A stretch of 64,000 bases of DNA. It comes from an uncultured Spirochaetales bacterium. GTDB taxonomy: Bacteria; Myxococcota_A; UBA9160; UBA6930. Both the position numbers and the translations under genes were made by a program. Below the pieces are notes generated by a model, which worked only from the letters and a program-made list of their open reading frames with translations, had not been told where the DNA came from and made no database searches. Numbering within the stretch: the stretch's first letter is position 1; every line of letters begins with the position of its first letter. Where the stretch lies: positions 51,587 to 115,586 of the forward strand of contig CAZTOU010000006.1 of the NCBI GenBank assembly GCA_964615365.1, read 5' to 3'. Positions 49,957-59,619 of this stretch are shown here, in pieces.

Positions 49957-50493
49957 CTAGATCGCCGTCAGGGCGACGTCGATCACCAGGCGGTCGGCCT
50001 CGATCTCGAGGGCCTGGCGCAGATCGGCGCTCTCCACGTCGTCGGGAACCTCGGCGGAGATCACCATCTCGTAGTGCGGCGAGCCCCCTGGACCCGGTCG
50101 GCTCCGCGTCGAGAGATCGACGATGTTGACGCGGCGATCGGCGAGGATGCCGCAGATCGCGGCGACGATGCCCGCGCGATCCTCCCCCGACGCTTCCACC
50201 CGGTACAGCTTGGTTCCGGGCGCGGGGATGGAGGATCGCGGTCCTTCCTCCATGTGCCGCAGCAGGATGGTGAGTCCGTGGTCTCGCTCCAGTCGCTTCA
50301 CGCCGACGGCCAGGCGATCGCCCGCGCCATCGGAGATGGAGGAGCAGAGGAGAATGACGGCGAAGTCGGTGCCCAGGATCGTCATCCGCGAATCTTCCAG
50401 GTTCGCATCCGCTTCGAGCACGAGTCGGGCGAGGTCTGCGACCAGACCGGGCCGGTCCTTGCCGATCGCGGAGAGAATGAACCAGCGCTTCAT
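49957..50493 (-). CDS. tandem ACT-domain protein (GcvR-like)
   Basis: ATG at 50493. Two repeats of the ACT pattern: ILSAIGKDRPGLVADLARLV, then VEASGEDRAGIVAAICGILA. Confidence 0.7.
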   Translation of the reverse strand: MKRWFILSAIGKDRPGLVADLARLVLEADANLEDSRMTILGTDFAVILLCSSISDGAGDRLAVGVKRLERDHGLTILLRHMEEGPRSSIPAPGTKLYRVEASGEDRAGIVAAICGILADRRVNIVDLSTRSRPGPGGSPHYEMVISAEVPDDVESADLRQALEIEADRLVIDVALTAI

Positions 50494-50739
50494 GTGCACT
50501 CCTTCCCCTTCGGGTGTCGGAGCCCCGATCTGCCCCCGGCGGCGCTGGATGGACCTGGATTCCGCTGCCGCGCCGCGCAGGTCCGAGGCTGGACCCACCT
50601 TCCCAGGGTAGCATCTCGCGCTCTTGGCTCATCACCGCGGGAGCCTACAATCCGCAACGATGCTTCTCGTCGGGCGCATTCCTCTTCGCTTCGATCGAAT
50701 CCTCGATCGGGCCAGGCGCGGGGTGCACGGATCGGACGG

Positions 50740-52164
50740 ATGAGCGAGGTGCAACCCGATGGCGGCAACGCCGTGGATGCCGCGATTGCGGCCGGCTTCG
50801 CCTCCGCAATGGCCGAGCCGGCGCTCACGAGTCTCGGTGGCGGCGGATTCCTGCTCGCGAGGGGCGTGGAGGGCAACGCGATCCTCTTCGACTTCTTCGT
50901 CGATACCCCGGGCAGGGGTCTCCCGCCCGGCGATCTGGAGCCGCACTTCCTGCCGGTCACCGTGCGCTTCCCCGGCTCGGATCAGGTCTTCAATACCGGG
51001 CTCGGCTCCGCCGCGGTCCCGGGTAACCTCCGGGGCTACCTCCACGCCCACCAGCGGCTCGGCCGGCTGCCGCTCCGAGAGGTGCTGGCGCCTGCGATCG
51101 AGCTGGCCCGAGAGGGCGTTCGGCTCAATCGGCACCAGGCCTATTTTCTCGAGCTGCTGCGGCCGATCCTGACACTCACTCCGGCGGGCCGATCCCTCTT
51201 CGAGCCGGACGGGCGCTACCTCGGCGTGGGGGACTCTCTGGTGAACCCGGACCTCGCCTCCTTCCTCGAGGAGCTTCCCGCCGACCGGGGCCGCGACTTC
51301 TACAGCGGCGCCGTTGCGGAGCGGATCGGCAGGGACATGAGCGCCGGGGGTGGAACGCTCACCCGAGAGGATCTGGCCTCCTACAGGGTCGTCGAGCACG
51401 CACCCCTGGAGGTGCGGTATCGGGGCCATCGGCTGCTCACGAATCCCCCGCCCAGTGTCGGTGGCTCCTTGATCGCGCTCTCTCTCGGGCTGCTCGAGCG
51501 CAGCCCACCCGCCAGCTTCGGTGTGGACTCCGCGGATCATGCCGTGCGCATGGTCGAGGTCATGGAAGAGGTCGCGCGGCGCCGCGTCGGAGGAGAGGCT
51601 CCGCAGTTCGATCGCGGAACCACCCACGTGAGCGTCAGCGACGGACGGGGGAACGTGGCGAGCCTCACCACGTCCAACGGGGAAGGATCGGGGTACCTGG
51701 CCCCAGGCACGGGGATCATGCTCAACAACATGATGGGTGAGGACGATCTCCATCCGGAAGGGTTCTTCGCCTCCCCCCCAGCGGAGCGGGTGGCCTCGAT
51801 GATGTCTCCCTCGGTGCTTCTGTCCGGAGACCGGGTGCGACTGGTGCTCGGAAGCGGAGGGAGCAAGCGGATCCGGACCGCCCTACTCCAAGTGATCAGC
51901 AACACCGTCGATTTCGATCTCGGTGTCCGCGCGGCGGTCGAGCGGCCGCGCCTGCACTGGGACGAGTCCCAGGTCCAGGCGGAGCCCGGATTCCCACCCG
52001 CGGTGATCGAAGCGCTCGAGGGTCGGTGGCCCGTCAACGAGTGGACCGAGCGCAACGTCTACTTTGGCGGCGTGCACGCCGTCGCTCCCCAGGGGGCAGG
52101 CGCCGGTGATCCGCGCCGGGGCGGCGATGCCGGGGTGGTGGAAGCGCGACACGAGCGAGATTAG
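50740..52164 (+). CDS. ggt: gamma-glutamyltransferase-family protein
   Basis: GGNAVDAAIAAGF...; autoprocessing site region GTTHVSVSDGRGNVASLTTSNG; GIMLNNMMGEDD. No signal peptide at the ATG at 50740. Confidence 0.85.
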   Translation: MSEVQPDGGNAVDAAIAAGFASAMAEPALTSLGGGGFLLARGVEGNAILFDFFVDTPGRGLPPGDLEPHFLPVTVRFPGSDQVFNTGLGSAAVPGNLRGYLHAHQRLGRLPLREVLAPAIELAREGVRLNRHQAYFLELLRPILTLTPAGRSLFEPDGRYLGVGDSLVNPDLASFLEELPADRGRDFYSGAVAERIGRDMSAGGGTLTREDLASYRVVEHAPLEVRYRGHRLLTNPPPSVGGSLIALSLGLLERSPPASFGVDSADHAVRMVEVMEEVARRRVGGEAPQFDRGTTHVSVSDGRGNVASLTTSNGEGSGYLAPGTGIMLNNMMGEDDLHPEGFFASPPAERVASMMSPSVLLSGDRVRLVLGSGGSKRIRTALLQVISNTVDFDLGVRAAVERPRLHWDESQVQAEPGFPPAVIEALEGRWPVNEWTERNVYFGGVHAVAPQGAGAGDPRRGGDAGVVEARHERD

Positions 52165-52165
52165 A

Positions 52166-52966
52166 ATGTCGACGCCCGGGTTCCCCGCCCGGGGGGGGGA
52201 TTGGTTGGCGCGCCGAACCTGGATCCTGCGTGCGTCGATCCTGGCGGTGAGCATCGCGGTCCTGTCTGCCGGTTGTGCCACGGCCAGGGCGGAGCTGGGT
52301 GCGGATTCCGCGGACGTGGACTGGCTGTTCGACGACGACGCGCCGGATCCGGCGGATCGGGATCCCTTCGAGCCGCTCAACCGGGGGGTCTTCGGATGCA
52401 ACGAGGTGGTCTACACCTGGCTCATCGATCCCTTCGCCACCGCCTACGAGTGGGTGGTGCCGGCCACGGGTCGTAGGGCGGTGCGTCGGTTCTTCTCGAA
52501 TCTGAGTGAGCCGGTCACCTTCGCGAACGATCTGCTTCAGTTCGAGCCGCAGCGGGCGGGCTCGAGCGGGGCCCGCTTCCTGATCAACTCCACGGTCGGC
52601 CTGGCCGGGCTCTTCGATCCGGCCTCGGCCTGGGGGATCGAGCGACACGCCAGCGACTTCGGCGGGACCCTCGCGGTCTATCGGATCGGCAGCGGTCCCT
52701 ACGTCGTCATCCCGCTCATGGGCCCCTCGAACGTTCGCGACACCGTCGGGGGGGTTATCGACGGGCTGATTCGCCCCGACACCTGGCTCCTCACCCCCGG
52801 CACGCGGCTCGTCATCTCGGCCAGCGACGGATTCACGCACTACGGGATCGAGCGCGAGCGGATGGATGCGCTCCGCGATACCTCCGTCGACTTCTACGCC
52901 GCCCTGCGGAGTGCCTACCTGATGGATCGCGACGCGCGGATCGAGGCGCTGATCGCCTCCGACTGA
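52166..52966 (+). CDS. mlaA: MlaA/VacJ-family outer-membrane lipoprotein
   Basis: ATG at 52166. Lipobox VLSAGC. DPFEPLNRGVF...FFSNLSEPVTFANDLLQ...INSTVGLAGLFDPA...GPYVVIPLMGPSNVRD. Confidence 0.85.
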   Translation: MSTPGFPARGGDWLARRTWILRASILAVSIAVLSAGCATARAELGADSADVDWLFDDDAPDPADRDPFEPLNRGVFGCNEVVYTWLIDPFATAYEWVVPATGRRAVRRFFSNLSEPVTFANDLLQFEPQRAGSSGARFLINSTVGLAGLFDPASAWGIERHASDFGGTLAVYRIGSGPYVVIPLMGPSNVRDTVGGVIDGLIRPDTWLLTPGTRLVISASDGFTHYGIERERMDALRDTSVDFYAALRSAYLMDRDARIEALIASD

Positions 52967-52972
52967 AGCGCA

Positions 52973-53587
52973 TCAGGGGGAGGCGCTCTTCTCTTCCAGC
53001 GAGGCGAGAAGGTGCTCGAAGCCATCGCGCTTGAACACCGACGAGTACTCGGACCGCCGCAGGTTCAGCTCGCTCACCGTGCCATTCAGGAAGACATCGA
53101 TGATTCGCCAGCGGCCCTCCGCGTTGCGGAGCCGGTAGTCGAGCTCGATCGGGTCCTCGTCCACGAGGATGATCTGCGTCCGTACCATGAGGGTCTCGTG
53201 GCTGGCGGGCTCGACGCCCGTCACCTCGAACTGCTGGCCGGAGTACTCGTCGAAGCGGTCGGCGTAGGTGTAGACGGTGAGGCGGGTGAAGCTCGAGAGC
53301 CAGCGCTCGCGGTCCGTCTCCGAGAGCGTCCTCCAGTGTCTCCCGAGCGTCTTCGCCGACATGAAGGGAAGGTCGTAGACCTGCTGGATCACCGGATCGA
53401 GCCGGGCGTAGCGCTGCGGGTGGTCCAGTCGGTCGCCGAGCTTCATCACCTCGAGAAGCGCGGCGTGGAGCCGCTCCACCGCGGCGCGGGCGGCGGCGCT
53501 GCCGTCTCCCGTGTCGTCGGCGCGGCCGCGGGTGGCCTGTAGGGGAGGCAGAACGACGAGGGCCAGGACGAGCAGGAGGCGGATCAC
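52973..53587 (-). CDS. mlaC: MlaC/Ttg2D-family periplasmic lipid-binding protein
   Basis: Signal peptide MIRLLLVLALVVLPPLQA. DLPFMSAKTLGRHW...FTRLTVYTYADRF...WRIIDVFLNGTVSELNLRRSEY. Confidence 0.8.
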   Translation of the reverse strand: MIRLLLVLALVVLPPLQATRGRADDTGDGSAAARAAVERLHAALLEVMKLGDRLDHPQRYARLDPVIQQVYDLPFMSAKTLGRHWRTLSETDRERWLSSFTRLTVYTYADRFDEYSGQQFEVTGVEPASHETLMVRTQIILVDEDPIELDYRLRNAEGRWRIIDVFLNGTVSELNLRRSEYSSVFKRDGFEHLLASLEEKSASP

Positions 53588-53622
53588 GGACGAATTCTAG
53601 CCCCTTCCCCGGCCGAGACGAA

Positions 53623-54534
53623 CTACCCTTCGCCGAGAGCAAAGCTCGCGACGGCCTCGGAGAAGCCCTCCGGATTGTCAGTCATCACCGAGTGGCCGGC
53701 GCGCGCAACGACGGCGAGCTGCGCGTCGGGCAGTACCTCCTCGACCATCCGCTCCGCGGTGTCGGGGTCGAGGACATCGGAGGCGGCCCCGCGGACGACC
53801 AAGGTGGGACAGGAGATCCCAGCCAGGGCCTCCCATAGCTCCTTCGTCGTTGTCTTCTCCAGCGCCTCGGCTGCCGCAGCCGTCTGCTCGCTCCGGAATG
53901 CGTGAAAGGCGGGATCGGTCTTGCGCTCGTAACGGCCGTCCTCCCGCTCGCGCATTCCGTAGCGAGCCATTCGCGCCAGTGCCGCGGATCCCGCCGCCGG
54001 GTAGGCACGGGCCAGGGCGCTCTCGCAGTCGGCCAGGGACGCGAAGGTGAGAGCGATGCCCCTCTCCACGTCGGTGCTGATGCGGCTCGTGCCTCGGGGA
54101 TCGAGCTCGGGGCCCGAGTCGACGAGAACCAGGCCCGCGAGTCGCTCGGGGTGCTGCGCTGCGAAGAGGGTCGAGATCCGGCCTCCAAGGGAGTGGCCGA
54201 CCAGCACCAGCCGATCGATTCCCAGCGCTGTGGTGACGTTCTCCAGGTCGCGCACATGGCTCTGGTAGTCGTAACGCCGCTCCGGGTCGTGGGCGGAATC
54301 GCCGTGACCGCGCAGGTCCATCGCGATGGTCCGGTAGTGGCGAGCCACCACCGGTGCAAAGTCGTCCCAGATGTGAGCCTCGTTGCCGAAGCCGTGAAGC
54401 AGCAGCATCGCGACGCCCTCCTGGCTCCACTCGAGCAGGTGGATCGAGAGGCCATCTGCGACGGTGATGCTCCGGGACCACGGCTCCACGTGAAGCATCC
54501 TAACAGGCTCCGTCGACTTCTGGACTTCGCCCAC
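53623..54534 (-). CDS. alpha/beta hydrolase
   Basis: MLLLHGFGNEAHIW, MDLRGHGDS, GHSLGG, C-terminal AGHSVM. Confidence 0.85.
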   Translation of the reverse strand: MGEVQKSTEPVRMLHVEPWSRSITVADGLSIHLLEWSQEGVAMLLLHGFGNEAHIWDDFAPVVARHYRTIAMDLRGHGDSAHDPERRYDYQSHVRDLENVTTALGIDRLVLVGHSLGGRISTLFAAQHPERLAGLVLVDSGPELDPRGTSRISTDVERGIALTFASLADCESALARAYPAAGSAALARMARYGMREREDGRYERKTDPAFHAFRSEQTAAAAEALEKTTTKELWEALAGISCPTLVVRGAASDVLDPDTAERMVEEVLPDAQLAVVARAGHSVMTDNPEGFSEAVASFALGEG

Positions 54535-54623
54535 CGCGACGCGCCGCCAACCGGCGATGATCTTGGGCTAGACTCGCGGCCGGCGGAACCTGCCAACCCC
54601 CTCCTCTTCTCCACGAGGGATCC

Positions 54624-56894
54624 ATGTCCGAAATCGAGACCACTCCCCAGTTCGTCCAGAGCGTCTACGAGAATCTGGAGCGCAGCCTCGAAGTGATTCG
54701 AGGGCGCCTCGATCGCTCCCTCACCTACGCGGAGAAGGTGTTGCTGGGCCACCTCGCCAACCCGGCGACCCAGGAGCTCGACGCGGGTACGAGCTACCTG
54801 GAGCTGCGGCCGGACCGCGTCGCCATGCAGGACGCCACCGCGCAGATGGCACTCCTCCAGTTCATCACCTCGGGGCGGTCCGAATCCGCCGTACCCACCA
54901 CGGTTCACTGCGACCACCTGATCCAGGCCTACCGCGGCGCCAACCGCGACATGGAGGACGCACGGGTCACCAACCGGGAGGTCTACGACTTCCTGCGGTC
55001 GGCCTCGGCGCGTTACGGTCTCGGTTTCTGGGGTCCGGGCGCCGGCATCATCCACCAAGTGATCCTCGAGCAGTACGCCTTCCCCGGCGGGATGATGATC
55101 GGCACCGACTCCCATACGCCCAACGCCGGCGGGCTGGGGATGTTCGCCTGCGGCGTCGGGGGGGCCGATGCGGTCGACGTGATGGCAGATTTCCCCTGGG
55201 AGGTCTTGTATCCCAGGCTGGTCGGCGTCCACCTGACCGGTGAGCTCGAAGGATGGGCCTCGCCGAAGGACGTCATCCTCCGCGTCTGCTCGGTGCTGAC
55301 GGTGAAGGGCGGCACCAATCGGGTGGTCGAGTACTACGGCCCGGGGACGCGCTCCCTGAGCTGTACCGGCAAGGCCACAATTACCAACATGGGGGCCGAG
55401 CTCGGCGCCACCACCTCCATCTTTCCCTACGACGAGCGCATGGCCCTGTACCTGAGATCGACCGGCCGCGATGCACTCGCCGCCCTCGCCGATGAGCATC
55501 GGGCCCTTCTCCAGGCGGATCCGGAGGTCGAGGGGGATCCCGGCAGGTACTTCGACGAGATCGTCGAGATCGATCTCTCGAAGCTCGAGCCGCACATCGT
55601 GGGTCCCCACACCCCGGACCTGGCCCGGCCCGTCTCCCGGATGGCAGCAGACGTGAGGGAGAACGGCTACGCGCCGAATCTCTCCTGGGTGCTGATCGGA
55701 AGCTGCACCAACTCCTCGTACGAGGACTTCTCGCGGGCGGCCGACGTAGCTCGTCAGGCCGCGAAGCACGGAGCGAAGGTCAAGACCAAGCTCCTGTGCA
55801 CGCCCGGCTCGGAGCAGGTCCACCAGACCGTCCGGCGCGACGGACAGCTGGAGGCCCTCCAGGCCATCGGAGCCGTGGTGCTGGCCAACGCTTGCGGACC
55901 CTGCATCGGCCAGTGGAGGCGGGACGATCTGCGGAAGGGAGAGCCGAACTCGATTCTCACCTCGTTCAACCGGAACTTCCCCAAGCGAAACGACGGAAAC
56001 CCGGACACGCTCGCCTTCATCGGGAGCCCCGAGGTGGTGGTGGCCTACGGCCTGGCGGGAACCCTCGTGTTCGACCCGACCAGCGACCCGCTCGAGAACG
56101 AGCAGGGCGAGGCCTTCGAGCTGGTGCCTCCCGCAGCGGCTCCGGACGTCCCCGAGCGCGGCTTCGTGGCCACCCGCGAGGGCTACGTCGCCCCGCCGGC
56201 CGATCGCGAGAAGGTCCGCGTCGAGATCGATCCGGAGAGCGAACGACTCGCCTTTCTCGCGCCCTTCGCACCGTGGGACGGGAACGACTTCGAAGAGATC
56301 CCTCTGCTGCTCAAGGCGGAGGGAAAGTGCACCACCGATCACATCTCCATGGCCGGTCCGTGGCTGCGCTTTCGCGGCCACCTGGACAGGATCAGCGACA
56401 ACATGTTCATCGGTGCCGTGAACGCCTTCACCGGACGGGCGGGTGAGGGATTGAACCAGTCGACCGGCGACGGCGGAGTCTCCTTCCCCAAGATCGCACG
56501 GCACTACAAGGCCGCTGGGCTTCGCTGGGTGGTGGTCGGCGACGAGAACTACGGCGAGGGCTCCAGCCGGGAGCACGCGGCCATGGAGCCGCGCTGGCTC
56601 GGTGCGGCGGCCGTGATCGCGAGGAGCTTCGCCCGCATCCACGAGACGAATCTCAAGAAGCAAGGGGTCTTGCCCCTCGTCTTCCAGGAGCCGGCCGACT
56701 ACGACAAGGTCGGCGAGACCGATCGCGTGAGCATCCACGGCCTTCGGGATCTCGCGCCCGGCGAGCCTCTCGAGGTGACCTTCCTCCACCAGGACGGGTC
56801 GTCGGATACCGTCCGGGTCAGCCATACCCTGAACGACGTCCAGGTCGAGTGGTTCAAGGCCGGGTCCGCCCTCAACATCCTCAAGTCCAGCTAG
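54624..56894 (+). CDS. acnA: aconitate hydratase, mitochondrial-type (about 750 aa)
   Basis: LRPDRVAMQDATAQMALLQF, IGTDSHTPNAGGLG, GSCTNSSYED, NACGPCIGQW, GDENYGEGSSREHAA. Length and motif spacing match the short mitochondrial-like class. The symbol is used loosely. Confidence 0.9.
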   Translation: MSEIETTPQFVQSVYENLERSLEVIRGRLDRSLTYAEKVLLGHLANPATQELDAGTSYLELRPDRVAMQDATAQMALLQFITSGRSESAVPTTVHCDHLIQAYRGANRDMEDARVTNREVYDFLRSASARYGLGFWGPGAGIIHQVILEQYAFPGGMMIGTDSHTPNAGGLGMFACGVGGADAVDVMADFPWEVLYPRLVGVHLTGELEGWASPKDVILRVCSVLTVKGGTNRVVEYYGPGTRSLSCTGKATITNMGAELGATTSIFPYDERMALYLRSTGRDALAALADEHRALLQADPEVEGDPGRYFDEIVEIDLSKLEPHIVGPHTPDLARPVSRMAADVRENGYAPNLSWVLIGSCTNSSYEDFSRAADVARQAAKHGAKVKTKLLCTPGSEQVHQTVRRDGQLEALQAIGAVVLANACGPCIGQWRRDDLRKGEPNSILTSFNRNFPKRNDGNPDTLAFIGSPEVVVAYGLAGTLVFDPTSDPLENEQGEAFELVPPAAAPDVPERGFVATREGYVAPPADREKVRVEIDPESERLAFLAPFAPWDGNDFEEIPLLLKAEGKCTTDHISMAGPWLRFRGHLDRISDNMFIGAVNAFTGRAGEGLNQSTGDGGVSFPKIARHYKAAGLRWVVVGDENYGEGSSREHAAMEPRWLGAAAVIARSFARIHETNLKKQGVLPLVFQEPADYDKVGETDRVSIHGLRDLAPGEPLEVTFLHQDGSSDTVRVSHTLNDVQVEWFKAGSALNILKSS

Positions 56895-56961
56895 CGAAAA
56901 TTACGCGAACAGGGTCTCATTTCGCAATATTGTTGAGATTTCCCGGCAAGTTTGCTAAAGG

Positions 56962-56987
56962 TTGGACCTCTAACGTCCGATGTCCAA
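56962..56987. promoter_or_regulatory. inverted repeat TTGGAC-N14-GTCCAA upstream of the GntR-glpD operon (candidate operator)
   Basis: Arms at 56962-56967 and 56982-56987, inside the 166-nt GC-poor intergenic region about 75 nt upstream of the GntR start. Confidence 0.3.
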
Positions 56988-57060
56988 CGGTGATTGACCG
57001 GGCCCGGCCAGGAGCGCCGGGAGACGCCTGTCGGGCATCGGGCCAGCCGAGGAGTGCAGC

Positions 57061-57921
57061 ATGCCGGCCGACCTGGAGTCTTTGGGACCCCGCCTCCGTC
57101 GCGCGGACGGCGTCTTCAAGCAGCTGCGCTCGCGCATCCTGGGCGGAGCTCTGTCTCGCGGCGATCGGCTTCCCAACGAGCGGGACCTCGCGGACACCTT
57201 CGAGGTCAACCGGACCTCGGTCCGGGAGGCGGTCCAGCGGCTCGAATTCCTCGGGCTGGTGGAGGTCCGCCACGGTCACGGCACCTTCGTCAAGGGGGTC
57301 TCGGAGTCCTCTTCGCTCGAGGTGATCGAGGCCCTGCTGCGCGACCCCCGCACCGTGACTCTGGATCTCCTCCACCAGATCCTGGAGTTCCGCCGTCACA
57401 TCACCATCCAGGTGGTGGATCTGGCGGCTCGCAACGGCACCCGGGAGCAGCTGAAGCGGGCCCGAGAGCTCCTGGAGCGGGAGCGGGAGGAGGGGATGGA
57501 CCCCGCCCGTGCCCTGAACCTGGACGTGGAGTTCAACCGCCTGCTCGGAGAGGCCACCGGCAATCTGATGTATCAGCTGGTGAGCAATCTCTTCGCCAGG
57601 CTCCTGCACCGGCTCGGTCCCTTCTACTACAACGAGGGACGCGACTTCAGCCGCTCGCTGGAGACCCATCGCCAGCTGCTCGACGCCCTGGAGGCCCGCG
57701 ACCCGCTCCGGGCTCGCCAGGTCCTGGAAGGGATGCTCAGCTACAGCGAGTCGGCCATCGTCGCCGAGATCGAGCGCCTCGACGCGGAGGGCATCATCGG
57801 ACCACAGATCCCTGCGGTACCGGGGCGGCTCGGTGCGGCGGGGAGCAGCACCGCCGAGCGTCAGCGCAGCGCCGCGGCATTGCGTTCGTCCCCTCCGGCG
57901 GGCTCGGAGATGCAGCGATGA
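57061..57921 (+). CDS. GntR-family regulator, FadR/FCD subtype
   Basis: LPNERDLADTFEVNRTSVREAVQRLEFLGLVEVRHGHGTFV winged HTH, followed by an all-helical FCD-like domain. Confidence 0.85.
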   Translation: MPADLESLGPRLRRADGVFKQLRSRILGGALSRGDRLPNERDLADTFEVNRTSVREAVQRLEFLGLVEVRHGHGTFVKGVSESSSLEVIEALLRDPRTVTLDLLHQILEFRRHITIQVVDLAARNGTREQLKRARELLEREREEGMDPARALNLDVEFNRLLGEATGNLMYQLVSNLFARLLHRLGPFYYNEGRDFSRSLETHRQLLDALEARDPLRARQVLEGMLSYSESAIVAEIERLDAEGIIGPQIPAVPGRLGAAGSSTAERQRSAAALRSSPPAGSEMQR

Positions 57922-59585
57922 CGGCGTCCAGCTGGTCGATTCGCGAGCGCGCCGAGGCTCTCGAGAGAGCCGAGCAAGACGGCGTCGACATGCTGATCAT
58001 CGGCGGCGGCATCACCGGTGCCGGAATCCTCCGGGACGCGGCCTCCCGAGGGCTTCGCGCCCTGATCGTCGAGCGCGGTGATTTCGCCTCGGGGACGTCG
58101 GGCCGCTCCACCAAGCTGATCCACGGCGGTCTTCGCTACATCGCCCAGGGCCAGCTCTCCATGACCCGGGAATCATGCCGGGAGCGGGATCTCCTGCTCC
58201 GTCTGAATCCGCACCTGGTGCGCCCGATTCCCTTCCTGTGGCCCGTCTTCGATGACGGTCGGACGCCCCTCTGGCAGGTTCGCGCCGCTCTCTCCCTCTA
58301 TTGGGGCCTCGCCAACTTCCGCTCCTCGGCGCGTTTCCGCACCTTGCGTCCGGAGCGGGTGGCCGAATTCTCGCAGGACCTCCGTCGCGAGGGCCTTCGC
58401 GGGGCTGGATTCTTCCACGATGGCCAGGTCGACGACGCGCGCCTGGTTCTGGAGACGCTGGTCAGCGCCCGCCGCCTCGGGGGCGAAGCGGTCAACCACG
58501 CCGAGGTCTACGAATTCTTGCGCGGCGACGAGAACAAGGTCGTCGGTGCACGGGTGCGCGACAAGGAGAGCGGCGAGAGTCGCGAGATCCGGGCCGACGT
58601 GGTCGTGAACGCCGCCGGCCCCGCCGTCGAGCGGGTGAGGGGGCTGGATCGGCCGATCAGCACCCCGGAGATTCGCCCCGCCAAGGGCGTGCACCTGGTC
58701 ATCCCGCGCGACCGGATCCATTGCGAGTGCGCGATCGTCTTCGACGCCCGCGACGGCCGCCACCTCTGTCTGATTCCCTGGGACGAAGTGGCGCTGATCG
58801 GGACCACCGACACCTTCACCGACCAGATCGACGAGCCGGTGGTGACCATCGAAGAGGTCCACTACATGCTCTCGGCGGCCAACGACGCCTTCCCGCGCCT
58901 GGCGCTGACCACCAACGACATCCGCTGCGCCTTCGCCGGCGTTCGGCCCCTGGTGGCCGACGGTGACGAAGAATCCCCCTCGGGCTCGGTTTCCAGGGAG
59001 CACAAGATCTACGACGATCCGTCCGGATTGATCTCCGTCACCGGGGGCAAGCTCACCACCTATCGGACCATGGCCGAGGCGGTGGTGAAGCGGGCTCTCC
59101 GCCGGCTTCCGCAGGAGCGGCAGGCCGCACTGGGTCCCAGCCTCACGGCGACTCTTCCCCTTCGCGAGGACGAGTTCGACGTCGCGGAGCTGGAGGCCGC
59201 CCTGGAGTCACGCTACGGGCTCGCGCCCCACCGGATCGCCCACCTGGTGCGCACTCACGGGCTCGACGCCGAGGAGCTTCTACGCGTCGCCGAGCCGGAG
59301 CTGCGCCGCCCGATCGGAAGCAGCCGCTACACCTACGCCGAGATCCCCTGGTGTTTTGGCACCGAGTGCGCCGTGACCCTCTGCGATCTCCTCGAGCACC
59401 GCATGCGCCTGGCCCTCTTCGCCATCGGCCAGGGGCTGCCGGATCTGGAGGAGATCAGCCAGGTCGCCGCCGCGGCCGCCGGTTGGGACGCCGAGCGCGC
59501 CCGCGAGGAAGCGGCGAACTACGTCTCGGCGGTTCGCACCCGCTACCAGATCGCACCTCCACCCGAGATCCAGTACGCCGCCTGA
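57918..59585 (+). CDS. glpD: FAD-dependent glycerol-3-phosphate dehydrogenase
   Basis: The ATG at 57918 overlaps the GntR stop (ATGA). DMLIIGGGITGAGILRDAASRGL...GTSGRSTKLIHGGLRY. Confidence 0.9.
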   Translation: MTASSWSIRERAEALERAEQDGVDMLIIGGGITGAGILRDAASRGLRALIVERGDFASGTSGRSTKLIHGGLRYIAQGQLSMTRESCRERDLLLRLNPHLVRPIPFLWPVFDDGRTPLWQVRAALSLYWGLANFRSSARFRTLRPERVAEFSQDLRREGLRGAGFFHDGQVDDARLVLETLVSARRLGGEAVNHAEVYEFLRGDENKVVGARVRDKESGESREIRADVVVNAAGPAVERVRGLDRPISTPEIRPAKGVHLVIPRDRIHCECAIVFDARDGRHLCLIPWDEVALIGTTDTFTDQIDEPVVTIEEVHYMLSAANDAFPRLALTTNDIRCAFAGVRPLVADGDEESPSGSVSREHKIYDDPSGLISVTGGKLTTYRTMAEAVVKRALRRLPQERQAALGPSLTATLPLREDEFDVAELEAALESRYGLAPHRIAHLVRTHGLDAEELLRVAEPELRRPIGSSRYTYAEIPWCFGTECAVTLCDLLEHRMRLALFAIGQGLPDLEEISQVAAAAAGWDAERAREEAANYVSAVRTRYQIAPPPEIQYAA

Positions 59586-59619
59586 TCGCCCGCGCTCCCT
59601 CCGTTAAGATGGGTTCGCG

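Noticed and set aside
50494-50739. A possible missing N-terminus or upstream start for the GGT-family gene, because the GGNAVDAA motif lies only 9 residues from the ATG.
   Set aside because: The in-frame upstream codons contain no ATG, GTG or TTG for more than 30 codons. The apparent similarity to GGT N-termini is low-complexity. I keep the ATG at 50740 and note the uncertainty.
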